DNA from: Candidatus Poribacteria bacterium
GTDB lineage: Bacteria; Poribacteria; WGA-4E; PCPOR2b
NCBI GenBank assembly: GCA_965208675.1
Contig: OZ242351.1
Coordinates: forward strand, 1,024,001 to 1,088,000
Direction: 5' to 3'
Length of the DNA: 64,000 nucleotides
The notes beneath the pieces are model-generated. The model saw only the letters and a list, made by a program, of their open reading frames with translations, made no database searches and was not told the DNA's origin. Shown here in pieces: positions 62,574-64,000 of this stretch. The translations under genes and the position numbers were made by a program. Every line of letters begins with the position of its first letter. Position 1 is the first letter of the stretch.

Positions 62574-64000
62574 ATGTCTATTCCGAAAATTTCCGTGAGC
62601 AATCCCGTACTAGCGAACCTGCTCATGATTACTATAATCCTGTTTGGCGCATATTCTTGGATTGTTCTTCCAAGAGATTTAACGCCGGAAATCTCATTTC
62701 GAATTGCAACTGTCACGACCTTCTATCCCGGCGCCTCATCGGAAGAGGTTGAAAAACTTGTCACTGCACCAATCGAAGAGGCAATTGAAGAAGGCGTGAA
62801 TTATGTTGACCTTATGCTGTCCGTTTCATCGGAAGCGCGGTCAGTCATCTCAGTTCAATTTGAGGAGATTAGCGACCGCGATTTCGACAAAGAGTTTCAG
62901 AATCTCCGCACCTCGGTCGATAGGGTGAATGATCTCCCAAATGAAATTCCAGATGAACCTCAGGTTATGTCACTCGACACATCAACGGGTTTTCCGATGC
63001 TGACTATCGCTGTTGGCGGCAATATTTCGGAGAATGAGATGAAACAGATTGCCGAAAACCTGAAAGATGACATTCTGGAAATCGAAAATATTTCCACGGT
63101 GCGTTTGGTGGGTTTACGCGAAAGAGAAATATGGGTTGAAGCGGATCCGGATAGACTCAGGGCGCATAACCTTCCAATCAACGAGGTAATCAATGCGTTA
63201 AAAACGCATAACCTGAATGTCCCTGCAGGAACTTTGGAGATTGGCGCATCTGAATACTTGGTTCGCACGATGGGAGAGTTTGGGAATTTAGAAGAGATTG
63301 AAGATACTATCATTCGTGTCCGCGGTACAGGGACGCCCTTGCGCGTGAGCGACATTGCCAAGGTATCGGACACCTATGAGAAACCGCGAACCCTTTCGCA
63401 TATCAACGGCGCCCCATCCATCAGCTTGACCATCCAGAAGAAAACAGAGGGCAACACTATCAGGCTGGTTAAGCAGATTCGCGAACTAGTTGAGAAAAGA
63501 AAGCGTGATATACCTGAACAGGCTGAAATCTCCGTGGTGAATGACTACTCCGTCGTGTTGAGCGAGCGGCTCGGAATTCTGCAAAACAACGCCGTGTTTG
63601 GCATTATTCTTGTTGTTATTTTACTCTTCCTGTTTATGGGATGGCGGAATGCGCTGTTTGCGGCATTGGGCATCCCGGTCGCATTCATGGCGACATTTTT
63701 CTTTATGCAAGCAACAGGGTATATACTCAGCGGGGTTGCGTTATTCGGTTTAATTCTCGTGGTCGGTATTGTTGTTGACGACGCTATTGTAGTGATAGAG
63801 AATGTATTCCGCCACATTCAGCAAGGCAAGTCTCCCAAAGAAGCCGCGGTTGCAGGCGCCGAAGAGGTTGGGTGGCCAGTTCTGTCAGCCAGCTTAACTA
63901 CGATTGCCGCTTTTGGGCCGCTGATGTTCATGTCGGGCGTTTCGGGACAATTCATGCGTGTTGTCCCTATCGTCGCCATTTTGGTGATAATTGCGTCGCT
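62574..64000 (+). CDS. AcrB/AcrD/AcrF family RND efflux permease (truncated by window end)
   Basis: MSIPKISVSNPVLANLLM, YPGASSEEVEKLVTAPIEE, GIVVDDAIVVIENVFRH; frame open to the end of the window. Confidence 0.93.
   Translation, partial: MSIPKISVSNPVLANLLMITIILFGAYSWIVLPRDLTPEISFRIATVTTFYPGASSEEVEKLVTAPIEEAIEEGVNYVDLMLSVSSEARSVISVQFEEISDRDFDKEFQNLRTSVDRVNDLPNEIPDEPQVMSLDTSTGFPMLTIAVGGNISENEMKQIAENLKDDILEIENISTVRLVGLREREIWVEADPDRLRAHNLPINEVINALKTHNLNVPAGTLEIGASEYLVRTMGEFGNLEEIEDTIIRVRGTGTPLRVSDIAKVSDTYEKPRTLSHINGAPSISLTIQKKTEGNTIRLVKQIRELVEKRKRDIPEQAEISVVNDYSVVLSERLGILQNNAVFGIILVVILLFLFMGWRNALFAALGIPVAFMATFFFMQATGYILSGVALFGLILVVGIVVDDAIVVIENVFRHIQQGKSPKEAAVAGAEEVGWPVLSASLTTIAAFGPLMFMSGVSGQFMRVVPIVAILVIIAS

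Overview
Bacterial chromosomal window with no rRNA, tRNA, CRISPR array or integrase visible. The gene content (PhyH dioxygenase, several sugar isomerases/oxidoreductases, GTAG-type REPs) suggests a Poribacteria-like organism, but this is inference only. Core blocks: a PAS histidine kinase plus sigma54 NtrC-type regulator; sugar catabolism genes; a tandem ABC-ABC-DUF1854 module; guaB; a degenerate MDH/LDH-like gene with xdhC; glmL; Fe-ADH; purH; an nfeD-nfeD-floA-floA operon; and a partial RND permease. Two accessory islands (~8.2-20.1 kb and ~47.4-57.3 kb) carry REP/MITE clusters and restriction-modification genes, and the first also holds two abutting IS3 elements. The most striking feature is that each island ends in a paralogous two-gene module: a small helical ORF overlapping a phage large-terminase (TerL) gene. 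No portal, capsid, tail or integrase gene is present. Both copies share a near-consensus promoter, a 300-350 nt leader and an AATTACAC-N2-GTGTAATT palindrome. Also notable are a ~340-nt structured ncRNA/leader candidate at 20235-20578 and a dispersed 31-bp module of fixed length embedded in several different repeat families.
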